Of a stretch of DNA of 64,000 bases, positions 38,976 through 50,233 are shown piece after piece. The notes beneath the pieces were generated by a model. It had not been told where the DNA came from and did no database searches. It worked only from the letters and a program-made list of their open reading frames with translations. The translations under genes and the position numbers were made by a program. Origin of the DNA: Narcine bancroftii (taxonomy: Eukaryota). The stretch spans positions 83,204,001 through 83,268,000 of the forward strand of contig NC_091481.1 in assembly GCF_036971445.1 (NCBI RefSeq), in the 5' to 3' direction. Every line of letters starts with the position of its first letter. The first letter of the stretch is position 1.

Positions 38976-40509
38976 TCAGGGGGAGTAGAATTTCAGCTTG
39001 GCAACACACATCCTAGCACCGCCTCCCCCTCCCCTTAGTTATCTGCAACTGTCCCACCATAAGCATTAACCAAGTTATATTTATGTGTAAATATTTTGGT
39101 TAATTAATTAATGTGTTAATGTATTTGATGTATTCATCAACACCAATCCAAACTTGAAAAACTTCTACAGTTTCAAGGGGTGGAATCCTTCATCAGAGCT
39201 GAGAAAGAGAGAGAAATGAGGTAGTCTGAGTCGCAGTGAATGAGGGTAAAAGCAAGGGATTTTTTTCTGATAAAGTGAACACATGCAGTGAGGGGATAAT
39301 GTGCTCTGGCTGTGGAATTTGTGGCTAGTGTCGCTCAGATCTGCTGGGAGATGTGTAACGAGACAGACTGTCCACAAGGGTTAAAGAAGGGCAGGTAGAA
39401 GAGATTCTTGCTCACACGGGAAGGAAGAAGATTATATCTAGAGTTAGGGGATGTGAAAGGCTGCCGTGCATTCCATGTTGTGGCTTTTCAAAACTGGCAG
39501 CTTGTTCTTAGTTGGACCTGGTATGTTCCTCTGCATTCGATAAAGGGTCCTAACCTAAAACGATGACTGTCCACTTCTCTCCATGGACACTTCCTAACCC
39601 ACTGAGTCTCTCCATTTCTTTGCTTTCTCCTTCTGCCCTCATTAAATTTAGATAATCAGCACGGAAACAGGCCATTTTGACCCATGTCACCCAATTGACC
39701 TACACCCCCGGTACATTTTTGAAGGGTGGGAGGAAACCGGACCCACACAGACATGGGGAGAATGTACAAATTCCTTACAGTCGGCGTGGGATTCGAACCC
39801 CAGTCCCGATGGCTTGCGCTGTAAAGGTGTTGTGCTAACTGCTACGCCAATCGTGTCGCCCTAAATCTCTGGTTTGATCGTGAAGGTGGAGTGAAAGATG
39901 CTCCAGGAGCTGGGGAATTAGAAGCGGGAGTAGCTCCTTGCGATTTTTTTTCTATCTCAACACCATTCTCGCGTCTTATGCGACTCAGGGTTTAGCAAGG
40001 TGAGTGGAAGGGAGAAGTATGAAGAAATATATTGGGGTTGAGGAGACGCAGTAGGAGAGAGCCAGAGCTGTTAGAGCGGGACCAGAGGAGAGGAGGGTAT
40101 CTGAAAGTTTGGGGAGTGAGGGAGGCTGAGAGTTTGGAGATGAGTGAGGTTTGACAGAGGAGACTCGTGTGTCCAGCATCTTCTGAATTGTTGAGAACAA
40201 GAACAGTGCAGGCCACGCAGAATCAATGGGGGGAAAAGAAAGAAGGGTCAGAGGTTGGCATTGCAATGAGTGTCCACCATTGTTTAATATATTCTCCCAA
40301 AGAATCATTGCTAACTCTTCTCAATCTCTTCCTTTGTTTAGATAAAAGACCTTGGTTTCACATTGAAGTACATCTCTCTTAGCTCAGTGTAAATATTGTG
40401 TTCAATCTTTTCATGTTGGCCCCTTGGGAGACACATTAGCAATCAATCCTATCCCACTGAACAAAACAAAATTCAAAGTAGCCTTTTCCAATTAGTTCCT
40501 ACTAATGTG

Positions 40510-41100
40510 TCAAGTCAAGTGAGTGCACAGGTTCAATCCGACGAAACAGCGTTCTCTGGTCCTCAGTGCAAAACACTCAGACACACAACCAGACACAACA
40601 CACATACACACAAACAGTACATACGCAGAATAAGTATTCATATCTACAAATAAGTAAATAAATATTGTTTTGTGAATATGAGAGTCTCGGAGGGTCAGTG
40701 TGAGCAATTCCTTTGGTCGTTCAGCGTTCTCACTGCTTGTAGGTAGAAGCTGTTCCTCAGCCTGGTGGGGCTGGCTCTGATCCTCCTGGATCTCTTTCCT
40801 GATGGGAGCAGCTGAAAGATGCTGTGTGCAGGGTGGAAGGGGTCCTCAATGATTTTGCGTACCCTCTTCAGACAACAATCCCAGAAGATCACATCGATTG
40901 GGGAGGGGAGGAGGGAAGGAGACTCCAGTGATCCTCTCTGCCACTCTTATGGTCCTATGAATTGACCTCCAATCCAATTCTATGCAACAACTGTACCACA
41001 CCATGATGTAGCCAGCCAGGGCGCTCTTGATAGAGCTCCGTAGAAGGTTGACACGATGGTGACCGTTAGCCTTGCCTGCTTCACTCTTCTCAAGAAGTGC
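40510..41100 (-). mobile_element. Rex1/Babar-type LINE 3' fragment
   Basis: ORF 40695-40892 KIIEDPFHPAHSIFQLLPSGKR...TRLRNSFY. Confidence 0.8.
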
Positions 41101-41552
41101 AATTTCTGCCCTTAGCTATTTCGAAGCTGAGCCCCGATTGATGCTTGGTTCTACATATCAATCTGCTGAGCCGAGATCATTTCTCACCATTGCTCCGATC
41201 TCCTCCCTTATTTTTAGTGACACATGTCCTTCATGTTCCTTGTCCTTATTAAGGGTCTAATTCCCTGGAATAATTTGTTCACAGCTATGGTCACATTTCC
41301 ATAATTGCAATGAGATCATGCCTGTTTATTTCTATTTACGCCCTGCTATTTATCCCACTGTGAATGTTGTGAACATTGAGCTTCAGAGCTTATTACTTGT
41401 CATTTTAACGTTTCCTATTCCCTGCTTGAAACTCTCCCCACAGCACCAGAAAGCCCTCCCTGCAAGGGCATTGGTCCCTTTCCAATTTGTATTAGTCAAC
41501 ATTTCACTCTGCCTCCAAAATCTGCAGCCCTCCCTCTGCACCAGCCTGAAGC

Positions 41553-42182
41553 CAGTGGCGGATTAACTACCACCCGGGCCCTAGGCTGAACTTTAGTAAG
41601 GCCTCCCTCACCTTTCCCCCCTGCCCCATGGCCCCCACCCTTTGTTGAATAAAATAAAGCGAAATTGTTCCATTTGTTAGCCTTTGGGCATTGTGTCCTC
41701 ACATATTCTATGTGCTGGTGTTTGATTGGAGGAGAGGAGGAAAAACTTCATTCAAATCAAACAAAACTTTACCTTACAGAAGTCGTCTGTTCACCCTGAA
41801 TAATTTGAAAAGTTATTTGTAAAAGGATAAATGAAATCAGTTCTAAAAAGACAGTCTCAATACAAAATAATAAAGGAGATTCTTTTTTTTAAAAAAGTAA
41901 ACCTCCCGTGAGCGACGCTGGATGAGCTGAGCTCTGCTGCAGAAGGCGGACCTCAGACTCACCCGCGCATACAAATGCGAGCATTCATTGACAGGTAGCA
42001 TTGAGACCGGCTGTGCCCGAATTGATAGACAGAACTGAGACCCCGCTGCTGATTGACAGGTGAACACAGTATTTCCGCGAGCCCATATTGGCAAGCAGTT
42101 ACATTGGTGTACCAGTGGTTGTGACAGGGCCTCCTTCCCTTCCGGGCCCCTAGGCTTCAGCCCAATGGTTAATCCGCCACTT
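41553..42182. mobile_element. Non-autonomous hAT DNA transposon, 630 bp
   Basis: TIRs CAGTGGCGGATTAAC / GTTAATCCGCCACT; 8-bp TSD cctgaagc (41545-41552) / cctgtagc (42183-42190). Confidence 0.88.
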
Positions 42183-42273
42183 CCTGTAGCAGGGCTTTTT
42201 ATCCAAAAGGTCATCTACCCATTGTAAAATCATAGAAAAGCCAGAGGAACTCAGCAGATCTCACTGTGTGCAT

Positions 42274-42833
42274 CTTCTTCTTTCTTTCTTCTTTGGCTTG
42301 GCTTCGCGGACGAAGATTTATGGAGGGGGTAAAAAGTCCACGTCAGCTGCAGGCTCGTTTGTGGCTGACCAGTCCGATGCGGGACAGGCAGACACGATTG
42401 CAGCGGTTGCAAGGGAAAATTGGTTGGTTGGGGTTGGGTGTTGGGTTTTTCCTCCTTTGCCTTTTGTCAGTGAGGTGGGCTCTGCGGTCTTCTTCAAAGG
42501 AGGCTGCTGCCCGCCAAACTGTGAGGCGCCAAGATGCACGGTTTGAGGCGTTATCAGCCCACTGGCGGTGGTCAATGTGGCAGGCACCAAGAGATTTCTT
42601 TAGGCAGTCCTTGTACCTTTTCTTTGGTGCACCTCTGTCACGGTGGCCAGTGGAGAGCTCGCCATATAATACGATCTTGGGAAGGCGATGGTCCTCCATT
42701 CTGGAGACGTGACCCATCCAGCGCAGCTGGATCTTCAGCAGCGTGGACTCGATGCTGTCGACCTCTGCCATCTCGAGTACCTCGACGTTAGGGGTGTGAG
42801 CGCTCCAATGGATGTTGAGGATGGAGCGGAGGA
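42274..42833 (-). mobile_element. 5'-truncated RTE-clade LINE with (GAA)n tail
   Basis: QLRWMGHVSRMEDHRLPKIVLYGEL...C..C.R.C.SRIGLVSH; 9-bp TSD tgtgtgcat at 42265-42273 and 42834-42842. Confidence 0.92.
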
Positions 42834-42941
42834 TGTGTGCATAGGGCGTAAAGATATCCCATACCTCGTGGAAGAGCTCTCGCCCAAAGAGTCGGTAATA
42901 TATCTTTAGATAGGCCATAGCTTGAGGAAGGGCTCAGGCCC

Positions 42942-43181
42942 TGGAATAGTACAGATTTATCACCAATGTACATAGTGTATATAGTTACTGTATCTAGACT
43001 GTGCTAACAGCGATTGGCTGAGAGCTTAGCCACGTCTACTGTCTGGGCCTTAAAGGGTTGTGTCCCTAGCCAGGTCGGATCATTCCGGACTGGTCGGCCA
43101 CCTGTGAAGAGCTCCTGTCTTTTGCTAATAAAAGCCTTGGTTTGGATCAACAAGTCTTTGATTCTTTCAATGAGCTCTACA
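42942..43181 (+). mobile_element. Solo LTR, 240 bp
   Basis: TG...CA termini, 5-bp TSD GGCCC (42937-42941 and 43182-43186), internal ATTGG, TTAAA and AATAAA in LTR order. Confidence 0.85.
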
Positions 43182-44049
43182 GGCCCGAAATATCCTATGG
43201 ACGTTGCGAGACCAGCTGGGTGCCTCCAGCATTTCTGTGTTTTTACTACATTTGCAGCAACTGTAGATTTTTGTGTTTAATGTCAAATGTTTTCGTCTAG
43301 TTAGTTTTCTGCCCTGAATTCCAGCGTCTGCTGACATTTGGGACAAACCTGTCTTCACCTGCTCTTGCTCCTATTTCTTTGCATGAGACTAGATTAATCC
43401 TGAGATTAGGACCTTTCTTCACTCCCTAAAGTCTACCTGTAGTCTACTTTGTCATTCTCCACCTTTGACGTTGGTACCAACAGAGACCTCGATCTCTGTT
43501 CATGCTCCACTTGGTGCCTTGTCTCAAGATAAATTCCAGCCGTTCAAGTCAGAAATGAGACAAAATTTTCTTCGCCCAGAGAGTAGTGAATCTTTGGATA
43601 AGAATGAAACATGAAAGTCTTCTGACACTGTGATTGTAGTAAAAACATACCTCAGCCGGTCTTTCAGCGTCCATAAGATTTATTGCCGATGATTTGGGCC
43701 TTCTTTCAGGTACAAGGTGAATGAGCAAAAAAACAAGAAATCTCAGAATACAGATAATGCCAGCTGGGGGAGGAATCCAGACCAATAAAAGGGGTTATAA
43801 TTGGATATGTTACAGAATACAGATAATGCCAGCTGGGGGAGGAATCCAGACCAATAAAAGGGGTTATAATTGGATATGTTAAGGGGAGAAAAGTGAATTG
43901 GTTATGTCTGTGCAAAAGGAGACAGGGAAAAGGGGGAGAGAGACAGATGGGGGAAGACGACAGGGGTAGAAGTGAGGGGGAGGATAAGTCAGAGAGTAAA
44001 TTTAAGGCAGAGTTCACTAAGTTTTAAATACTTTCTATATCTTGAAATA

Positions 44050-44757
44050 TAGTAACATCTCCATTATCTGGAATTCAAGCAACTGGTAAAAAAAAATCAG
44101 GGAAAATAAAAAATGTCAAATAAATAGAGATAGAAAATAACAGGTAAAAATGCACATATGTTTTAAATTGTAAGAGTAAATGTTCTCTGAAGTAACACAT
44201 AAACCTTGAGTGAAGATGGGGACAAATATTTAGCCTTGTTCATGCTTTGCTCATAGCAGCTGTTTGAATAAAGTTGTGTGAAACAGCAATGGCGTCACTC
44301 GGGATGAAGAGCTGGTTGATGCTGCTCGACGCTGGGGTGACTCTTTTAAAGTGTTTCCTTATCCCTGCTTAGGAAGAGAGGCCCCGGTCAGAGGCTTTAT
44401 CCATAAACGGGGGAGGGGAAGGTTAGTATAATGTTATATTATATTATGATCTATAATGTTATTGTTTGTCTTTCGGGCGGCTCCGTGGAGGGGGAGGAAC
44501 CTGCAGATGCAGAGACGGTTAAATGTTTTCAAAGAATGTGACTGAAAATAAAGTAACAAGCTTTAAAGTTTATATATTCAGGCAAATTAAGTTGTTCAGT
44601 GTAAGTACAGTGCAGTATTTTTGTCTTTTAAACTGTTTATTCCTAATGCAAGTGTATTAGTTAGGCCTTGTAAGAGTGAGTGTCAAGCAACCGGAAAATA
44701 CGCTTAGTCTTCATCTACCAATCTCCAGAGGTGGCGGATACCAGGGGTTTTACTGTC
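44050..44757. mobile_element. Non-autonomous Tc1/mariner-like element
   Basis: End cggataccaggggttttactg is the reverse complement of the family terminus at 1490 and 2812. Confidence 0.6.
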
Positions 44758-44821
44758 TTTTCTTTTTAATCTCAGATTCTGATTTCTACCTTCCACTCTG
44801 AGAAATCGAACCTCAGACAAG

Positions 44822-44969
44822 ATGTCATCGACCACCACGGACCTGGACAATATGGAGGTCCAGCGACAGTATAACGTCAACAGTTGCAGGGAATCGTCGG
44901 AGAGCCATCGGGAAGAGGAGCACAGTTCCTCCAAACTTTTTGAATCCTCAAGGATAAAAACCTTAGCTG
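44822..44969 (+). CDS. SPTBN4: SPTBN4 first coding exon (MSSTTTDLDNMEVQRQY...KLFESSRIKTLA)
   Basis: 148 coding nt; acceptor at 44776; donor G|GTAAGT; beta-spectrin LFExSRIKxLA motif. Confidence 0.92.
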
Positions 44970-45295
44970 GTAAGTTGTATGGAATTCAATCAGAACTTGG
45001 TTCTGTAAAACTTGAATTCTGTACAAATACGTACATTTAGGTCAATTTATTCTCAATATTTGGGAAAGGAAAATTGAGTTTTTTAAGTCCCATTAAATAC
45101 TGGATTTTTAACTTGGCTACAGTTATATAAATGCAGTTTCAGAATCTGAATTTATTGTCATGAACGAGTTACAAAATTCATTGTTTTGCGGCAGCGTCAC
45201 AGAGCAAATATTTATAGAAACCACCTTATAAAATAAATAAAAGTACTGCAAGGAAAAGAAAAAGTCAAGTAAGGCAGTATCTTTAGTTTATTAAC

Positions 45296-45775
45296 ATAAC
45301 AATTACAGCATGGAAACAGGCCATTAGGCCCTTCTAGTCCGCACCGAACCAAACACCCCTTTCTAGTCCCACCTCCCTGCACAATGCCCATAACCCTCCA
45401 TCTTCTTCTCATCCATATACCTGTCCAACCTTTTCTTAAATAATACAATTGACTCCGCCGCCACTATTTCTCCCGGAAAATCATTCCACATGGCTACCAC
45501 TCTCTGAGTAAAGAAGTTCCCCCTCATGTTACCTCTAAACCTCTGCCCCTTAATTCTTAACTCATGTCCTCTTGTTTTAATCTTTCCTCCTCTTAACGGA
45601 AATAGTCTATCCATATCCATTCTGTCTATCCCTTTCATAATCTTAAATACTTCTATCAAATCCCCTCTCAACCTTCTACGCTCCAAAGAATAAAGACCTA
45701 ATCTGTCCAATCTCTCCCTATACTCTAGATGCTTAAACCCAGGTAACATTCTGGTAAACCTTCTCTGCACTCTCT
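45296..45775 (-). mobile_element. Well-preserved CR1-type LINE 3' end
   Basis: Uninterrupted ORF 45363-45770 QRRFTRMLPG...RRLRGDLIEVFKIM...FFTQRVV. Confidence 0.9.
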
Positions 45776-45779
45776 CAGG

Positions 45780-46342
45780 AATCTGATGGAGGAGGGGAAT
45801 AAGCCGTCCTTGTACAGCTGAGTGCTCGTCTTTTGGCTCCTATACCTTTTCTCCAATGGTAGCAGGACGAAGAGGGTGCGGCCTGGGATGTGGGGGGGTC
45901 TTTGAGGATAGAGGCTGGTTTTTTGAGACACCGCCTCATGTAGTTGTCCTTGATGGAGTGGTCTGGTGCCTGTGATGTCGCAGGCCAAGTCCTTGATGGA
46001 GTGGTCTGGTGCCTGTGATGTCGCAGGCCTAGTTATTCTGGAGCTTATTCTTGTCCTGAGAGTTGGTGCCTCCATACCAGGCAGTGTTGCAACCAGCCAG
46101 AATGCTCTCCACGGTCCACCTGTAGAAGTTTTGGTGAAATAATGAACCTCCTCAGACACCCCACAGAGTATTAGCCACTAGCAAACCTTTGTGATTGCAT
46201 CAACATAGAGGCTCCAGGACAGATTTTCAGAAATGTTGACTCCCAAAAATTCAAAATTCTTGACCCTCTCCACTACTGAGCCCTCGATGAGGACTGGATC
46301 GTGTTCCCCTGACTTCCTTCTGAAGTCCACAATCATCTCCTG
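45780..46342 (-). mobile_element. Rex1/Babar-type LINE fragment with 44-bp tandem duplication
   Basis: EMIVDFRR...FEFLGVNISENLSW; ccttgatggagtggtctggtgcctgtgatgtcgcaggcc occurs twice. Confidence 0.75.
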
Positions 46343-46898
46343 TAGATTATTTTGTGAAAATTTAATCGTGTGAAGTGATTGCTTGGTTATTCCACATGAT
46401 GGTGAAAATTGATCTTTCTTTGCAATATATTCAAGTTCGTTTATTATTATCATCCAATTGTAACATTCAATTGGACTAACACTTTTGAAGATCGTTCCAC
46501 CTCTCGCTTCGCCACGATTCATGGGTATTAATACTGCAAATATTTCAACATGAAAATATGCACACAAGTCCCAGTTAATTTAATTTTAATTTGGAGATCC
46601 AACATGGAAATAGGCCCTTCTGGCCCATGAGCCTGTGCTGCCCATATTCACCAATGTGACCAATTTACCTACTCTCCCCAGGCTTCAAGTTGCCACTCAG
46701 TGTCTTGGGGTGCACTCAGCCTACAATGGAGGGATGTGACAGAGTTGTTTGGGACCAATGCAGTTGTCCCAGAAATATGCAGGAGGCTGGTAACTTCTGT
46801 GAACCGTCAAAGCTCCAGCTTCTGTGTCGGCTGCTGATCACTCCCTCTGTGTAGCACCAGTGCTTTAACCACTCTCTTTCTGTCCCTCTTCCTCACAG

Positions 46899-47050
46899 AT
46901 GAGCGTGACGCCGTGCAGAAGAAGACCTTCACCAAGTGGGTGAATTCTCACCTGGCGCGGGTGCAGTGCCAGATCACGGACCTCTATGTGGACCTCCGCG
47001 ATGGCTGTGCACTGACCAAACTGCTGGAGGTTCTATCAGGGGAACAGCTG
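46899..47050 (+). CDS. SPTBN4: SPTBN4 exon, CH1 domain ([19 protein letters not shown]...EVLSGEQL)
   Basis: 152 nt, AG/GT boundaries, phase 1 to 0. Confidence 0.96.
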
Positions 47051-47202
47051 GTGCGTTGATGCTGAGACTCCGTGTATGTGTCTTTCTTGGGGCAGCACTT
47101 GAAGAAGGCAGGAGATGGTTGGGGGAAGAAAAGAATGGGTATGGAGAGAGTTGGGAGGAAAACAAGGCCCAGATCTCAGGAGTGATAGAACTGGAAAAGG
47201 GG

Positions 47203-47713
47203 AGGGTGCAGATGGAGTTGGAGAAGGGGTGCAGATGGAGTTGGAGAAGGGGTGCAGATGGAGTTGGAGAAGGGGTGCAGATGGAGTTGGAGAAGGGGTG
47301 CAGATGGAGTTGGAGAAGGGGTGCAGATGGAGTTGGAGAAGGGGTGCAGATGGAGTTGGAGAAGGGGTGCAGATGGAGTTGGAGAAGGGGTGCAGATGGA
47401 GTTGGAGAAGGGGTGCAGATGGAGTTGGAGAAGGGGTGCAGATGGAGTTGGAGAAGGGGTGCAGATGGAGTTGGAGAAGGGGTGCAGATGGAGTTGGAGA
47501 AGGGGTGCAGATGGAGTTGGAGAAGGGGTGCAGATGGAGTTGGAGAAGGGGTGCAGATGGAGTTGGAGAAGGGGTGCAGATGGAGTTGGAGAAGGGGTGC
47601 AGATGGAGTTGGAGAAGGGGTGCAGATGGAGTTGGAGAAGGGGTGCAGATGGAGTTGGAGAAGGGGTGCAGATGGAGTTGGAGAAGGGGTGCAGATGGAG
47701 TTGGAGAAGGGGT
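47203..47713. repeat. Perfect 23-bp minisatellite GGGGTGCAGATGGAGTTGGAGAA, about 22 copies
   Basis: Identical tandem units; 23-aa periodicity in the ORF track. Confidence 0.97.
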
Positions 47714-48109
47714 GAAGATGAAGGAGACAGAAGGGGAGTGGGGAAAGATATGGGAAATCGGCAGGAGGAGTTGCTACTGCTGCCACACAGCTCCATGGAC
47801 AGAATTCGATTCTGGATTTGGGTACTGTCTATGTGGAGTTTGCACATTGTGGGTTTTCCCTGGGTGATCTGGTTTCATCCCACGTCCAGCGACATGCTGG
47901 TAGATTATTGGCCACTGTGAGTTGAAGCTTAAAGTTGATTAATGGCAAAAGAATTTTTAACAAGTTTGCAAACAATAACTTGCAGGGATACAGGGGAAAT
48001 GAGGAGAGGGATTGGAATTCATGGATCTGTTTCCTGGGAGCTTGCAATAGGCACAGTGAGCTAAATGGCCCTATGCCACTGGGCCATTAAGGATGACTTT
48101 TTAAAAAAA

Positions 48110-48597
48110 AATGAAGACATACAGCATAGTAACAGACCCTTTCAGCCCCAGGAGCCTGTACCGCCCTATTACACCCAATTGATCCACCACCCGCGCACAT
48201 TTTTGAATGGTGGGAGTAAACCGGAAGCCCAATCAGATTCAGGGAGAATGTACAAACTCCTTACAGACAGCACCGGATTCGAACCCTGGTTCCAGTCGCT
48301 GGAGCTGCCACAGTGTTATAATAACCACAACGTTAACCGTACTGCCCAACTGAGAGGAGAAAGGGAGTGGCGCAGTTAGCACAATGCCGTTACAGTGCCA
48401 GGGATTTGGGTTTGAATTCTGCATTGTCTGTAAGGAATTTGTATGTTCTCCTTGTGTCTGTGTGGGTTTTCCCCAGGATCTCTGGTTTCCTCCAACCCTT
48501 CAAAATATACTGGGGTTGTAGGTCAATTGTGTGTAATAGGGCAGCATGGGCTCATTGGCTGAAAGGGCTTGTTACTGTGGCGTATGTCTAAATTAAT
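48110..48597. mobile_element. Head-to-head pair of tRNA-derived SINEs
   Basis: Minus copy about 48110-48345, plus copy about 48365-48597. Confidence 0.75.
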
Positions 48598-48769
48598 AAG
48601 GGGTGGGCAATGTCAGTGAGTGGTCCTGAGACCAGGACAGGTAAGCAGAGCAGGATATAGTCTGAGATGCACAGAGGGTTGAGCCGGTGCATCAGTGACC
48701 AACACTGATGGAATAGTGGTCACCGAGCGATGGGTGAGCTCTACTGATGACCCTCTCTCTTACCGCCAG

Positions 48770-48943
48770 CCCAAGCCAACCCGAGGCCGGATGCGAATCC
48801 ATTCACTGGAGAACGTGGACAAGGCCCTGCAGTTCCTGAAGGAGCAGCGGGTCCACCTGGAGAACGTGGGCTCCCACGACATTGTGGACGGAAATCACCG
48901 GCTCACGCTTGGCCTCATCTGGACCATTATCCTCCGGTTCCAG
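48770..48943 (+). CDS. SPTBN4: SPTBN4 exon ([22 protein letters not shown]...WTIILRFQ)
   Basis: 174 nt; RIHSLENV and ENVGSHD match beta-IV rather than other beta-spectrins as recalled. Confidence 0.97.
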
Positions 48944-49375
48944 GTGCGGAGTGTGCGGTGTGCAGCGATCTGTGCTGATCCCAATGAGCACCAACAGGGT
49001 AACACTGCTGGACCAGAGATATCTTGGTTGGAAAGAGAGAGTCATTGATACCTTTCTGGTTGGATTAGGGGATGGGGTGGGGTGGTGTGGTGTTGTGGGA
49101 ATGTATTGAAGATGGAGGTGCTAAAAATAGACCAAGAATCACTGTGGTTGGCGTGGAGGGTGGAACTTGGGAAAGGTTGGGTCCCAGTAGGGTGATAGAG
49201 GAGGGGATAGAACCCAAGGCTAGAGAAGGCAGGGGAAGGGATTAGGACGGCTGATGGCCACCGCGGAATGGGAGGTGTGTTGTGGTTTCCTCTGGGAAAG
49301 AGGGGATTGGGCCTTGGGGGAAGGGAACTCTGGATTAATCTTGCCTCCCATCCATCCTCTTTTGTCCTCGATTAG

Positions 49376-49467
49376 ATACAGGTGATCAAAATTGAAACAG
49401 AAGATAACCGTGAGACACGCTCAGCTAAAGACGCTCTGTTGCTGTGGTGTCAGATGAAGACGACAGG
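49376..49467 (+). CDS. SPTBN4: SPTBN4 exon ([30 protein letters not shown])
   Basis: 92 nt; donor GG|GTGAGT; [16 protein letters not shown] is beta-IV-like. Confidence 0.96.
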
Positions 49468-49961
49468 GTGAGTGGTGTTTTTTTATAGATCTGTGTGTGG
49501 GTGAAAGCACCCAGCGGTTCCAATGGGGAGGGTGTGGTGCCCTGGGCATTTGCTCGGCAGGGGCGGGGTGATGGATCAGTTGTTCACCACCAGGTGTGTC
49601 CATTGGAGTTTGCATCCGGTCAGAGGGTGTGGGACTCTGATCTGCCGGTGGGAGCTAACGACGGATGTTGTGGCCTTTCTGCGGACTTTGAGGGTTGCCG
49701 AATAGAAGGGAGTAAAGTGGCTGCAGACCACATTTCAACAAGAGGTGTGACGTAGAGATGGGGGGGCGGCATGGTTGGCGAAGCGGTTCGTGAACAAGCT
49801 TTGGTGAACAGATTATCTCCAATATTTCTACAGCTGTGTAAAGAGCACAATTTACTGCGTGAAGAGTTACAAGCCAACGCAGTACGAGAGCACTGTGAAC
49901 GATATCGAGTTTATTGTCCTATACGTTGTGCAATGTGCACGTGCACTGCTGTCGAACAGGT

Positions 49962-50233
49962 AGTAAAACAGGAAAGTCCGCAGACACTGTTATTGAAGTA
50001 CGACGCTGGAGAAACTCAGCAGGTCAAACAGTGTCCTTTATATAACCAAGTTAAAGATTCATAACCAATGTTTTGGGCTTGAGCCCTTCGTCAAGGCATG
50101 AGCAAAATGTGTTTGGATGCCTGCCCACATTTAGCTCATGAAGGACTCAAGCCCGAAACATCTTTATCTTGGTGACATAGAGTACATTGTTTGCCCTGCT
50201 GAGTTCCTCCAGCATTGTGTTTTTACTTCAATA
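49962..50233. mobile_element. Palindromic element of two inverted Penelope termini
   Basis: Left arm is the reverse complement, right arm a direct copy, of 24640-24795. Confidence 0.8.
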
